Source: a virus (taxonomy: Duplodnaviria; Caudoviricetes). From it: a stretch of 63,811 nucleotides of DNA. The notes beneath the pieces are model-generated. The model did not search any database. It was not told the DNA's origin and worked only from the letters and a program-made list of their open reading frames with translations. The DNA is taken from positions 1 to 63,811 of IMG/VR virus record IMGVR_UViG_3300002461_000106; one strand, 5' to 3'. The translations under genes and the position numbers were made by a program. Positions 28,610 through 37,575 of this stretch are shown here, piece after piece (the stretch's first letter is position 1; each line of letters begins with the position of its first letter).

Positions 28610-28839
28610 AACGCCGCGGTCGGTAACTCAGCGTAAGACAGCCTGGCCCCCTTGCGGGCCAGAGCATCGACCAGCGCATCGGTCACGCTCGCCCCGTCGC
28701 CGAGTACCACGACCTCCAGGGACTCCACGCCCTTCAGCACCTCGGGCCGGTTGAGGAACCTGACCTCAGCCGGGTTCAGGTCGTTCCAGGTGATGTAGTC
28801 CTTCACCTGCTGGTAGTGATCGGCGATGATGTAGATCAT
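28606..28839 (-). CDS. Hypothetical protein (last gene of minus arm)
   Basis: 77 aa, ATGA coupling, converges on the plus arm. Confidence 0.65.
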   Translation of the reverse strand: MIYIIADHYQQVKDYITWNDLNPAEVRFLNRPEVLKGVESLEVVVLGDGASVTDALVDALARKGARLSYAELPTAAF

Positions 28840-29024
28840 ATGCGCTCCCAGATGTGCGGGTAGGCGCCGCGGTGGCGTTCAAGCGGCCTGACCGCTCGAT
28901 CACTCCGCCGTGCCTTTTTCTTGCGGGCGAAGTGCTGGAGTCTGGCATTGATGGTCCGGACACTGACCTCGAAGATAGCCGCGAGTTCAGGTGATGTGGC
29001 GGGCAGGTGGTCGAGGACGGTCAT
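28836..29024 (-). CDS. Small HTH DNA-binding protein
   Basis: 'TSPELAAIFEVSVRTINARL' HTH pattern. Confidence 0.55.
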   Translation of the reverse strand: MTVLDHLPATSPELAAIFEVSVRTINARLQHFARKKKARRSDRAVRPLERHRGAYPHIWERI

Positions 29025-29096
29025 AAAAGAAGCCCCCCACACAAGGAGGCACGGAGGAGGGGTGTGTGGAGGGCGTCAGCACGCGAGGTGCTGACC
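29025..29096 (-). ncRNA. Candidate structured small RNA or attenuator leader
   Basis: TGgTATCCT extended -10 at 29102-29110; perfect 8-bp hairpin 29075-29095; terminator-like stem 29032-29074 plus U tract; loop contains CCUCC twice. Confidence 0.4.
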
Positions 29097-29120
29097 TTGT
29101 CAGGATACCACATCTCAGGA

Positions 29121-29693
29121 CTACCCAAAAATCGACAACGCGAAGCCGCCGACTTCGTCAATCTCACGCGCGGTAGCTTGCCGGGGTATGGCGTCCCCCC
29201 AGACCCCTCCTGATGGCCAGAATACCCTGGCAGTATCGACATCACGTCGCTCCTGCCTGATTAAAGTTACTGTGCCGTCTGCTGGCATGGACCGATGGAT
29301 CTCATCGGGCTCCTGCCGATAGTGCTGACCTGGCAAGTAAATTTCCGGCGGCAGGGGCTGTAGGCGAACTTGCCGCGCAGATTCTGACAGCATCCCGCCC
29401 CCGATGCCGCATTTCAACGTTGCCATATTGAATGGTAGTCCGCTGACCGCGTCAGTGATGGTATAACGGATATTGATTACCATCCCCGACAAGACCGTGG
29501 ACGTAAACGCCCACTGAGTGTGGTCGTGGACATCGCTGACGCCCGGCTCGCGCAGCCGGGAATCCCAGATGTGGAGCCGCGTGCTGTCGTCGATACGCAG
29601 CCGCATGAAACCGAAGCCCTGCACGGTCCAGTCTTTTGCGGGCAGAGACGCCCGGTTTTCCAGTAAATAGCGAACCAAGCTTTTCATGCTCAT
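29121..29693 (-). CDS. Cupin-like (RmlC fold) hypothetical protein
   Basis: 'RLHIW', 'VHDH..W.FTS.VLSG', 'EIHR' His pattern. Confidence 0.55.
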   Translation of the reverse strand: MSMKSLVRYLLENRASLPAKDWTVQGFGFMRLRIDDSTRLHIWDSRLREPGVSDVHDHTQWAFTSTVLSGMVINIRYTITDAVSGLPFNMATLKCGIGGGMLSESARQVRLQPLPPEIYLPGQHYRQEPDEIHRSMPADGTVTLIRQERRDVDTARVFWPSGGVWGDAIPRQATAREIDEVGGFALSIFG

Positions 29694-32488
29694 GTTTCCT
29701 CCTTCACCATATCCGAGAGTTCCGGGTGGTCTGCGCGGATGCGCCAGCACGGCACGTACTCACCCGTCAGGTCCGTGCCCGAGCCGAGGTTCTTCCGGGC
29801 ATCCATGCCTAAGAGTATCCCCTTGGCGAACAGTTCCTTCCGGACCTCGTTGTAGTTATGGTGGTTCGTGCTGAGCCACCGCTTGATGTGCGACCGCTGG
29901 ACGAATATCTCCTTGGTGTCCAGCTCGTGCCGCTGGCTGAGCCCGCGGGTCGGCATCCGATGCACCGCCACCGCACTGTTCAGCTTGTTGACGACGATGC
30001 GCTCACCGATGTGCTCGTTCAGATACTCGCCCAGCGTGGTCGTGGCGGTCTGGATACTCTCCTCCAGGGTGCCACGCATGCGCCGGGTCTCAGCCCGCGC
30101 CCACTCCTTGATGCAGTTCGGGTCGAAGTCAATCAGTCCCCATGACCGCGCCAGCTCGCCGCCCAGCAGCGCGAGCGCGATGGCCTGGGTCCAGAACCGC
30201 TCTTTCCCGAGCATCCCGAACTCCTGCTGGGTCCGCTCGATCGCCTGACGGATGCGTGGCACGATCGTCTCGCGCTCGGCCACCAGCCGGCGGATGTACT
30301 CCGCCCCGGCTAGCCCGTAGTTCTCGTTCACGGCCTCGTAGATGTCCGGGCACACCGACAGGAACGCTTCAGAGTGGGGGAACTCGAACTCGAACAGCCG
30401 CATCGACTCGGCCTCCGGGTTCGCCTTCTCCAACTGCAGCTTGTCCTGCAGGGAGTCATTCGTGGAGGCGATCAAGATGGTCGACCAGTCGGTCGACGGG
30501 CGCATCGTGCGGTCGCGCCGCAGGCTCTCCCGCCCCTTGCCAGTGGTGACCTTGTAGACCAGATCACGCAGATCCTTCGGCTTGATGGTGGTGATCTCAT
30601 CGACGTAGGCCGGGATCGACTGATACATGCCGATGTGCTCGGTCTGCGCGTTGCCGGTGGAGTCCCGGGCGACCCAGGTCTTCTCGGGGTGGCCGTAGAC
30701 AGACGCCAGCACCCGCCCCATCGTGGACTTCCCATGCCCCGTGCGGCTCATCAGCGACACGGTGAACCCCTGCCGCTGGTCCAGCCGCAGCAGCGGTGCC
30801 GCGAACGCCAGCAGCAGCGTGAACGCGTGGGGCTCCAACGTGGGGTAGTTGAAGATGGATGTCATCGCCCGCCAGGTCTGGAAGTCACCCACGGGCTTGA
30901 ACAGGTCAAGGATCTCGCTGGCCCCTTCACTCCGCCCGGCCGGCACGACGCCATCCTTCCGGTAGAGCCTCGTGCCCAGCACGAACTCGGTGTTGCCGTT
31001 CTTCCACCCCATGCCCTTGAACAGGCGGCGGAGCTTGGTCTCGGTCCGGAGCTTCCGGATGTAGGCGTCGGCGTATGCACTCATGCGGTTCCTTATCAGC
31101 GGCTGGACGTGGTTGTCCCGGAGCTTGGCCTCGAAGTCAACGGGCCGGGCGATCAGGGACGACTGGAGCACGAACTCCCGCCACCCCTCCTGCGGCAGGT
31201 GGTGGCGCAGTCGCACGGTCTCGAACCCGAGGTGCTCGTCGAACGACAGCTCAGTCGGGAACAGATCGTAGTCGTAGATTTTATGCAGCACCCCGTCATC
31301 CTCGACGTAGATGCCGCCGGTCGCACCGCGGGTGAACGGTGCCGGCGGCTGCGGGAGCGTGACCTGCACGGTGCCATCACCTGTCAGCACCTCGACCTGC
31401 GGAGCGGGTGCGGCCTCGACCTTCGTGCCAAGCTGCGCGGGGGAGCTGATCTTGCCCGCGAAGGGGCAGCCTTCGCAGCCTCCGGGGTTGCGGGCGTCGA
31501 ACGTGGTGCAGAGCGTCGGGCCGAGCGCCTGACCGCGCACCTGCTCGATCTTGCGCTGGGTCTCATCCTCCGAGTATCCGGCGTAGCCCCGGCTCCACTC
31601 ATGGATCAGCGGGTCGCCCTCGATCGAGTGGCAGAGGAGTTGGATCGTGGCATACCACAGCGGCTCGGGGATGCTGCCCTTGAGGCTGCGCATCTGGTCG
31701 ACCTGCCGGCAGCGGTCGGCCACCTTGACCGCCGAGCACGGCGGGAACTCGCGCTGGATCGAGAACGCCTCGTTCAGCCGCTCGGTGGGGTTCTCGCGCA
31801 AGGTGAGTTCGGGTGCCTTGATCCCCGCCTTGGCCAGTTGCGCGATGACGATGTTCTGGAACGCCTGATGGTCGAGCGGTTCAGCGTCTGCGATCAGTTC
31901 GACCGGGCGGGGGTTGGCGGCGTCCTTGCGGTTCCAGGTGCCCACCGGCCGCAGCACCCGGGCCGCGTCGCTGGTGCAGGCCGGGTCGGCGCGGAACTCA
32001 CACACAGCGGCAAGCTGCTTCAGCGCCTCAGCGGTGCGTTTCCAGACGTCAAGGCTGACCGGCAGGCTCAGCACCCAGTAGACATGGATGCCGCCGCCGG
32101 ACGACACCACCATCGGCACCGGCAGGCCCGTGCGGTCGCAGAACGCAACCAGCCCGTCGACGGCCTCGTCCTGCGACCCATACTTCTTGGGGTTGTTGGG
32201 TTCGACGTCGAGGTCCATCCAGAACGACTTGATCGCCCGGACGTTGTCATGGGTGCGGACCTGATGCCATGTTGTGCCGTCAGACTTGCGGCGCTCGACC
32301 GAGCGATCGCGATACGCGGCGCAGGCGTGGTAGGTCGCCACACCCTGCACGTCGAACTGCGCAGCATAGGCCGCAGCCTCGTCCAGCGAGTCGCAGATCG
32401 TGTGTTTGAACCGTCCGGCGATCAGGCGGGCGATGACGTACAGACCCGCGTCGGGCAGGATCTTGCGAAGGAATGCCAGTGTGTCCAC
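29690..32488 (-). CDS. DNA primase/helicase with DUF927 domain
   Basis: N-terminal prim-pol-like 'WMDLD', 'SSGGGIHVYW', 'RVLRPVGT.N'; Cys cluster 'C..F....P.GC.GC'; Walker A 'SRTGHGKST', Walker B 'YVDE'. Confidence 0.85.
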   Translation of the reverse strand: MDTLAFLRKILPDAGLYVIARLIAGRFKHTICDSLDEAAAYAAQFDVQGVATYHACAAYRDRSVERRKSDGTTWHQVRTHDNVRAIKSFWMDLDVEPNNPKKYGSQDEAVDGLVAFCDRTGLPVPMVVSSGGGIHVYWVLSLPVSLDVWKRTAEALKQLAAVCEFRADPACTSDAARVLRPVGTWNRKDAANPRPVELIADAEPLDHQAFQNIVIAQLAKAGIKAPELTLRENPTERLNEAFSIQREFPPCSAVKVADRCRQVDQMRSLKGSIPEPLWYATIQLLCHSIEGDPLIHEWSRGYAGYSEDETQRKIEQVRGQALGPTLCTTFDARNPGGCEGCPFAGKISSPAQLGTKVEAAPAPQVEVLTGDGTVQVTLPQPPAPFTRGATGGIYVEDDGVLHKIYDYDLFPTELSFDEHLGFETVRLRHHLPQEGWREFVLQSSLIARPVDFEAKLRDNHVQPLIRNRMSAYADAYIRKLRTETKLRRLFKGMGWKNGNTEFVLGTRLYRKDGVVPAGRSEGASEILDLFKPVGDFQTWRAMTSIFNYPTLEPHAFTLLLAFAAPLLRLDQRQGFTVSLMSRTGHGKSTMGRVLASVYGHPEKTWVARDSTGNAQTEHIGMYQSIPAYVDEITTIKPKDLRDLVYKVTTGKGRESLRRDRTMRPSTDWSTILIASTNDSLQDKLQLEKANPEAESMRLFEFEFPHSEAFLSVCPDIYEAVNENYGLAGAEYIRRLVAERETIVPRIRQAIERTQQEFGMLGKERFWTQAIALALLGGELARSWGLIDFDPNCIKEWARAETRRMRGTLEESIQTATTTLGEYLNEHIGERIVVNKLNSAVAVHRMPTRGLSQRHELDTKEIFVQRSHIKRWLSTNHHNYNEVRKELFAKGILLGMDARKNLGSGTDLTGEYVPCWRIRADHPELSDMVKEET

Positions 32489-32545
32489 GCTGCGAGTGGC
32501 CTCTTGTTGTCGTTACAGTCGAGGCGCGAGCGCCCCGGCGGGGGA

Positions 32546-32845
32546 CTACTCGGGAACGGGCTCCGGCTTCAGCGCCTGCAGCGTCGCGGCCATCTTGCGC
32601 ACCCGCCGCTTGCGCTCACCTGCTGCGACTGCCTGCATGGGCAACGCCCCGGTGCGGATCGCAGCGGTGATACCCCGCGTGATCGTGATGGCCATACGCT
32701 CAGTGTAACTGCCGGCTTTCGGCGGCGTCCCATCCAGCCACCCGTAGATGGTCTGGCGGGACACGCCGTAGACTTTCGACAGCTCGGTCTTGCTGAGCCC
32801 TGACCCCGCAACGACCCGCTTGAACTGGTCGAAGGGGAACATCAC
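32546..32845 (-). CDS. HTH transcriptional regulator
   Basis: 'LSKTELSKVYGVSRQTIYGW' HTH. Confidence 0.7.
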   Translation of the reverse strand: MMFPFDQFKRVVAGSGLSKTELSKVYGVSRQTIYGWLDGTPPKAGSYTERMAITITRGITAAIRTGALPMQAVAAGERKRRVRKMAATLQALKPEPVPE

Positions 32846-34180
32846 GCGACCCGGTTCGCGAGTTTGGCCTTCAGTCGCTCAGCCAGGCTGGCCGCAGCCG
32901 CGTTGCCTGAGACCGGAGCCTGGGGGGCGACCGCTGGTGCCGCGCCGCCACCGAAGCCTGCTGCAGGTGCGGGGGTCGGTTGGGCCTGCGGAGCCGGTGC
33001 CGCCGGTGCAGATTGGGGTGCAGGGGCCGGCGTGGCTGCGGGGGCCGGAAACTGAGCGAGGATGGCCTGACCCGCCGGGCTGTCGATGCCCACCGCAGTG
33101 ACTGCGGTCTGCATGGCCCCGTCGAGGTGCGCGATACGCGGGTCCACCGCAGGTGCTTCCTCTTTCTTGGCGCGCGGCTTGCGGGCGGGCTTGGGTGCTT
33201 CCGGCTCGGCAACAGGCGCCGCTGCGGGTTGCGCCGCGACGGTGCCACCGAAGCCTGCGGTCGCGGCAGGCTGGACAGGTTCAACCACCGGCGCGGGTGC
33301 CGGCTGCGGAGCAGGTGCCGGAGCAGGTGCCGGAGCAGGTGCCGGAGCAGGTGCCGGAGCAGGTGCCGGAGCAGGTGCCGGAGCAGGTGCCGGAGGCTGC
33401 GGCTGCGGGCGGGGCGATGCGAGGTGTCGCGTCAGCGCGGGTGGGGGAGACGATGTTCTGCACATCCTCGCCCTTCACGCGGGCCAACACCTGCGCATAC
33501 TCGGCCTCGTTCAGGAACCGACCGAAGGAGAACATGAGCTTCGGGTAGCTGGCGTTGGCGTCGAACGTGATGTTGGTCACCACGCCGTTGATCGGCACGC
33601 CCTTCGCGGTCAGCGCCTTGGCGTAGGCACCCCACTCCTTCAGGGCCGATGCGGTCACCGACAGGGCGAGCGCCTTGTAACCCAGGTCGCCAGCGGGGAT
33701 GATCACCAGCCGCTTCGAGTCCGAGCACGCCTTGATCTCCTTGCCGCTCGACTCGCTGATCTTCGAGCCCCATTGGTTCTGCGGGCAGGTCGCGCAGGCG
33801 GTGTGTTGCGGTGAGGCGATGTGGCTGTCGGGCACCATGCCGTTGTCAGACGAGCAGTTCGGCTCGCCGTCATCGCCATCCTTGAACTTGCCCATGTAGA
33901 ACGTCTTGGTGATGGCCGGGTTGGCCGCCACGATCACGGCCTCCAGACACATCAGGGGGACGGGCGGCTGGCCCGCGACTGCCGGCGCCATGTAGGTGCG
34001 CTTCTCGCCGCCCTCGACTTCGTGGAACTTGCCACCGGCGATGGAGATGCGCGGGAACCCGCCGATCTTGATGCCGCCAGCCGCCGCAGCGTTGGCCGCA
34101 GCGATCGCAGCAGCCGCGTCGGGGGTCTGGAAGTGGGCCGGCAGCGCGCCGGTCGGGATGGTGCTCAGTGCTGTGCTCAT
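32842..34180 (-). CDS. ssDNA-binding/recombination-associated protein with Pro/Ala-rich tail (apparent frameshift at about 33410)
   Basis: N-terminal 'FPRISI', 'CSSDNG..PD', 'CATCPQNQWGS', 'KACS' in 33281..34180; natural PAPAP/charged tail in 32842..33465 frame. Confidence 0.6.
33308..33395. repeat. Tandem repeat, 7 x 12 bp (GGAGCAGGTGCC)
   Basis: Read directly; encodes (AP)n on the minus strand. Confidence 0.95.
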
Positions 34181-34204
34181 GTGTTCTCCTGTGGAAAAAG
34201 TAAA

Positions 34205-34603
34205 TCAGCCCTTGCGGAAGTGGACCTTCCGGAAGGTCGTGTAGTTGACCCCCGGCGGCGGCTGGTTGTTGGCTTCGATATGCTCTTTTACCGCGGTCTT
34301 GTTCGCGGCTTGGTTCAGCAGGTGCGTGGCTTTGTTAGCCAATACATAGTTGATGAACGCGTCGAAGTCGGACATCGACACCGAGTCGCCGGTCTTGAAG
34401 AACGCAAGGTTCCCATTGACCTTGACCTGGTCGGTCTTCGTCTTGTTCATGTGGTCGGCGACGAACGCCTCACACAGGCTCAGTTCATTCTTTAGCGGCT
34501 CCAGCTCGGCCTTATGCCGCCCCTCGATGATCGCGATTTCTTCGACCAGCTCGAACCGACGTGTCATCACCTCGTCGAGCCCCAGTTCAACTTCGTCACT
34601 CAT
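34205..34603 (-). CDS. Conserved phage hypothetical protein (replication module)
   Basis: GAGGAGG RBS; N-terminal coiled coil, C-terminal 'PPGVN...RK'. Confidence 0.75.
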   Translation of the reverse strand: MSDEVELGLDEVMTRRFELVEEIAIIEGRHKAELEPLKNELSLCEAFVADHMNKTKTDQVKVNGNLAFFKTGDSVSMSDFDAFINYVLANKATHLLNQAANKTAVKEHIEANNQPPPGVNYTTFRKVHFRKG

Positions 34604-34620
34604 ACCGCCTCCTCAGTTCA

Positions 34621-34649
34621 AGTATGCCTACCTACAGTCAGACTGTCAA
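34621..34649 (-). promoter_or_regulatory. Sigma70 promoter TTGACA-N17-CATACT
   Basis: Intergenic, upstream of 34603; spacer contains GTCTGAC. Confidence 0.7.
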
Positions 34650-34662
34650 GTGCTGGACAAGT

Positions 34663-34842
34663 TCAATTTTTATCTGGCCAGTTGTGCCGACGGTAAGTGT
34701 CGGCGTCGACCTCAGTAACTGACCCACCTTCTTTCATTTGGTCAGCTTGGCGCGCTTCCACGAAACGTTCTTTGTCCCAGACCTGGTGCGCCTGGACGGT
34801 CACATTCCCATGCCTGTCAACATATCTCATATACAGTGTCAT
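34663..34842 (-). CDS. Hypothetical protein (59 aa)
   Basis: AAGGAG RBS before ATG 34842. Confidence 0.55.
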   Translation of the reverse strand: MTLYMRYVDRHGNVTVQAHQVWDKERFVEARQADQMKEGGSVTEVDADTYRRHNWPDKN

Positions 34843-34852
34843 CAGAGTCTCC

Positions 34853-37351
34853 TTACTGTTCATTGTTCTCCACCATCTCCAGCAGCACGCCCTGCAGCTT
34901 CTGCCGGTGCTCCAGCCGCTTGTAGGCTTTGCGCTCGACCGCGCTACCGGCCAGATGCACGATGTTCGCCACCTGGGTCTGCCCCGGTCGGGTGATCCGG
35001 CCGTTGGCCTGGGTGTAGGTGTCGTTCGAGTCCACCGGCGCATACCAGATGATCGTGCTCGCCTCGGTCAAGGTCAGGCCGTGGGCCATGCAGCCCGGGT
35101 GCGCGATCAGGACACTGGGGTCGGGCTTCGACTGGAAGTCGGCGAATATCTGGTCGCGCTCGTTCTTGTTGACTTCGCCATAGACCACCGCCGCCGACCA
35201 GTGCTTGCTGACGTGGCGGTAGAGCATGTTCGTCACCTCAGTGAACGGCACGAACACGATCACCTTCTCGTTACACATCTCGATCATTTCCAGCAGGGTC
35301 TCGACCCGGTTGCCGGGGTCAATCTCGTTGGGCTTGCCCTCGGTGTCGTACACCACACCGCAGTTGTGGACGATGCGCATCTCCCCCTCAGCCCCCCGCA
35401 CCACGAACCGCGATCGAGGGCCGCAATTTACGATATCGTAGACGTGAGCCGCAGCGGTTCTCGGACTGCCCTTGCCAAGGGCCACCCATACCGGCGAACC
35501 CGAGCGTGCAGCGTCCCATGCTGCATCCCGATCAGACGCGCTACTTGTGCCAGGGTCTGTCTCCGCCCCCGGAACCACACGAAGCGGTTGCTCCGTTTGT
35601 TGTTTGCTTGCTGGCGCGGAGTCTCCCACCGGCAATTGGCTGGGGAGTACATGCCATCGTTGTTGATCCGCCCCAGAGTCAGATGTTCGGCATACCCACG
35701 ACGCATGTCGGCCCAGAAGGCGTCGAAGGAACGATCCCACCTGACGCATACACGTATGCCACGACCGCCATAATTCGGCCAATCGCGGTCTTTCCTGTCG
35801 CGGCAGCGGCGCCGCATCTGAGTCCATATACGAAATGGGCGAGATTCGCTCATCCTGTGAGTTTCGTTCCCGTGATGGCATCCACAGCTCCGGGGGTGCT
35901 TGCGATGCTTGGAGCGAAGATATTGGCTCCTCCGCACGACGTCGTTCCCGCACTCGCAGCGGCACAGCCACGTCGCGCATTGACTCGATCCGTTCGTGGT
36001 CCCCGCTCTGGACAACACAGTCAGGTAGCCGAACTTCTGCCCAACCAAATTCTTCGCCGGATTTGCCATTAAGTATGTCCTTAGCAGGCTGCCACCCGCC
36101 GATCGTTAGCATCTCGTGTTCGGGGGTTACCTGCACCCCCCCGCAAACTACCGTTTCCCGCAACCCTTTATATATAGCTCCCCCATGTGAAACCCACTCC
36201 ACCCCATCCCACACGAGATTGCTAAGTGTAACACGTTCAATGGGGAGCCACCCGGCGTCTGTCAGAACTGGGGTGCCCTCTGCGATACAGGCGATCTGCA
36301 CGAGCTTCGACAGCTTGACCCCTTCATTGACTGCGGTGACCTTCGCACCCTCGGCGACCTCGGTGTAGAGTTCCCGCATGATGTTCTTGTAGTGCCGTTG
36401 CTGCTCGTCGGACATCTCGACATCGTAGGTCGAGTAAATTTCGCCCGGCAGGTCCAGACACTCGTCGCGACGGTAGCGGATCGCCGGTCGCATGGCGGAG
36501 TAGACGATCTTGTTGGCCTCGGCACGCGGGGTCCAGACGTAGGTGGACTGGTGCTCCATCACCATGTTCCGGAACTGGCTGAAGTATTGGGGCACGCTGG
36601 TCGGTGTGACCAGCCGGCACTGGCCATACGCATCGGTCGGCGCGTTCGGCGTTGGGCCGCCGGTCAGCCCCCACACCCACGGGCGGGGCGGCTTGTTCTT
36701 GGGGTAGATGACCGAGTTGATCGCGCGCCACTTCTCTGTTCGCGAATTGCGATAATGGGCGACCTCGTCAATGATGATCAGGTTGATATCGTCGCGTGCT
36801 TCGAGTTCCTTCTTGATCACCCCGATGCCGTCGTGATTGATGATATAGAAGTCGCGCTGCTGTGCCAGCAGCTTCCTGCGCTTCGCGGCGCTGCCATGCA
36901 GCACGTTGTACGTGCGGTGGCGGAAGTTGAAGAACAGCGTGTCGCCCCACGCGCGCTCAAGGGTGGACAGCGGGGCGATGATGAGCGCCCGCTGCACGGC
37001 GCCGATCTCCATCAGGTAGTCAGCCGCCCAGGCGGTCGAGATGGTCTTGCCGCTGCCGATGTCATTCAGGCAGAACGCCCGCGGGTTGATGGTCAGGAAC
37101 CCCGCGGTGTCGACCTGGTGGGCGTACGGCTGCGGCACCTTCTGGAGGTCGCGCGGCCAGCGGTAGTAATGTTCAATCGGGCTCGGCGGTCGCATGCCCC
37201 GAGCCGCCAGCCGGATGCAGGTGTCGAGGTCGAACGCCATGCCGTGGAAGCCGGGTATGACTTCAAACGCTTCAGGCACGGCCTGCAGGACTTGCGGCGT
37301 GTTGGCAGTCTCGACGACCAGCGCGCCATCTTCGGGAAAGGGGTGGAACAT
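34853..37351 (-). CDS. SNF2-family (SF2) helicase containing an intein
   Basis: 'DIGSGKT', 'IIDEVAH', 'GLTGGP', 'AHGLTLT', 'QANGRITRPGQ'; intein between LVQIA and CGVVY. Confidence 0.9.
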   Translation of the reverse strand: MFHPFPEDGALVVETANTPQVLQAVPEAFEVIPGFHGMAFDLDTCIRLAARGMRPPSPIEHYYRWPRDLQKVPQPYAHQVDTAGFLTINPRAFCLNDIGSGKTISTAWAADYLMEIGAVQRALIIAPLSTLERAWGDTLFFNFRHRTYNVLHGSAAKRRKLLAQQRDFYIINHDGIGVIKKELEARDDINLIIIDEVAHYRNSRTEKWRAINSVIYPKNKPPRPWVWGLTGGPTPNAPTDAYGQCRLVTPTSVPQYFSQFRNMVMEHQSTYVWTPRAEANKIVYSAMRPAIRYRRDECLDLPGEIYSTYDVEMSDEQQRHYKNIMRELYTEVAEGAKVTAVNEGVKLSKLVQIACIAEGTPVLTDAGWLPIERVTLSNLVWDGVEWVSHGGAIYKGLRETVVCGGVQVTPEHEMLTIGGWQPAKDILNGKSGEEFGWAEVRLPDCVVQSGDHERIESMRDVAVPLRVRERRRAEEPISSLQASQAPPELWMPSRERNSQDERISPISYMDSDAAPLPRQERPRLAELWRSWHTCMRQVGSFLRRLLGRHASWVCRTSDSGADQQRWHVLPSQLPVGDSAPASKQQTEQPLRVVPGAETDPGTSSASDRDAAWDAARSGSPVWVALGKGSPRTAAAHVYDIVNCGPRSRFVVRGAEGEMRIVHNCGVVYDTEGKPNEIDPGNRVETLLEMIEMCNEKVIVFVPFTEVTNMLYRHVSKHWSAAVVYGEVNKNERDQIFADFQSKPDPSVLIAHPGCMAHGLTLTEASTIIWYAPVDSNDTYTQANGRITRPGQTQVANIVHLAGSAVERKAYKRLEHRQKLQGVLLEMVENNEQ
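35363..36289 (-). mobile_element. Intein (309 aa) in helicase
   Basis: N-terminus 'CIAEGTPVLT', block B 'VTPEHEML', block F 'VYDI', C-terminus 'VHN' followed by Cys. Confidence 0.9.
35428..36069 (-). CDS. HNH-type homing endonuclease nested in the intein in an alternative frame
   Basis: 'GQKFGYLTV', 'WLCRCECG', 'SCGC', 'YGGRGIRVC..W..F..F..DM', 'RINNDG.YSPANCRW.T..QQANN'; own SD TAAGGA. Confidence 0.85.
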   Translation of the reverse strand: MANPAKNLVGQKFGYLTVLSRAGTTNGSSQCATWLCRCECGNDVVRRSQYLRSKHRKHPRSCGCHHGNETHRMSESRPFRIWTQMRRRCRDRKDRDWPNYGGRGIRVCVRWDRSFDAFWADMRRGYAEHLTLGRINNDGMYSPANCRWETPRQQANNKRSNRFVWFRGRRQTLAQVARLIGMQHGTLHARVRRYGWPLARAVREPLRLTSTIS

Positions 37352-37575
37352 CAGACGGGCTCTACTTCATCAGCGAAGAAGTAGAAAACTTTATAGTACT
37401 GAATCATCTCCCCATTGAAGTCCATTGGCTCGACGCCAAAAAAGACTCGGTAGTCATATTTATCAAAATCGTTCTTTTCGAGAGTGCCTACTTCACCAGC
37501 AGCCCACCTGCCGCCCGGGCACGCGCGCTTGACGCGCACTTTACTCCCGATTGGCATCATTCCAGCCTTCTTCAT
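37351..37575 (-). CDS. Hypothetical protein
   Basis: Coupled ORF with A/T-richer codons. Confidence 0.55.
   Translation of the reverse strand: MKKAGMMPIGSKVRVKRACPGGRWAAGEVGTLEKNDFDKYDYRVFFGVEPMDFNGEMIQYYKVFYFFADEVEPV

Noticed and set aside
30374-32803. 809-aa plus-strand ORF
   Set aside because: Antisense shadow of the primase/helicase with no recognisable domain
33308-33395. CRISPR-like array or (SGTC)n Cys-repeat protein
   Set aside because: Contiguous 12-bp tandem with no spacers; the (AP)n frame is the natural reading
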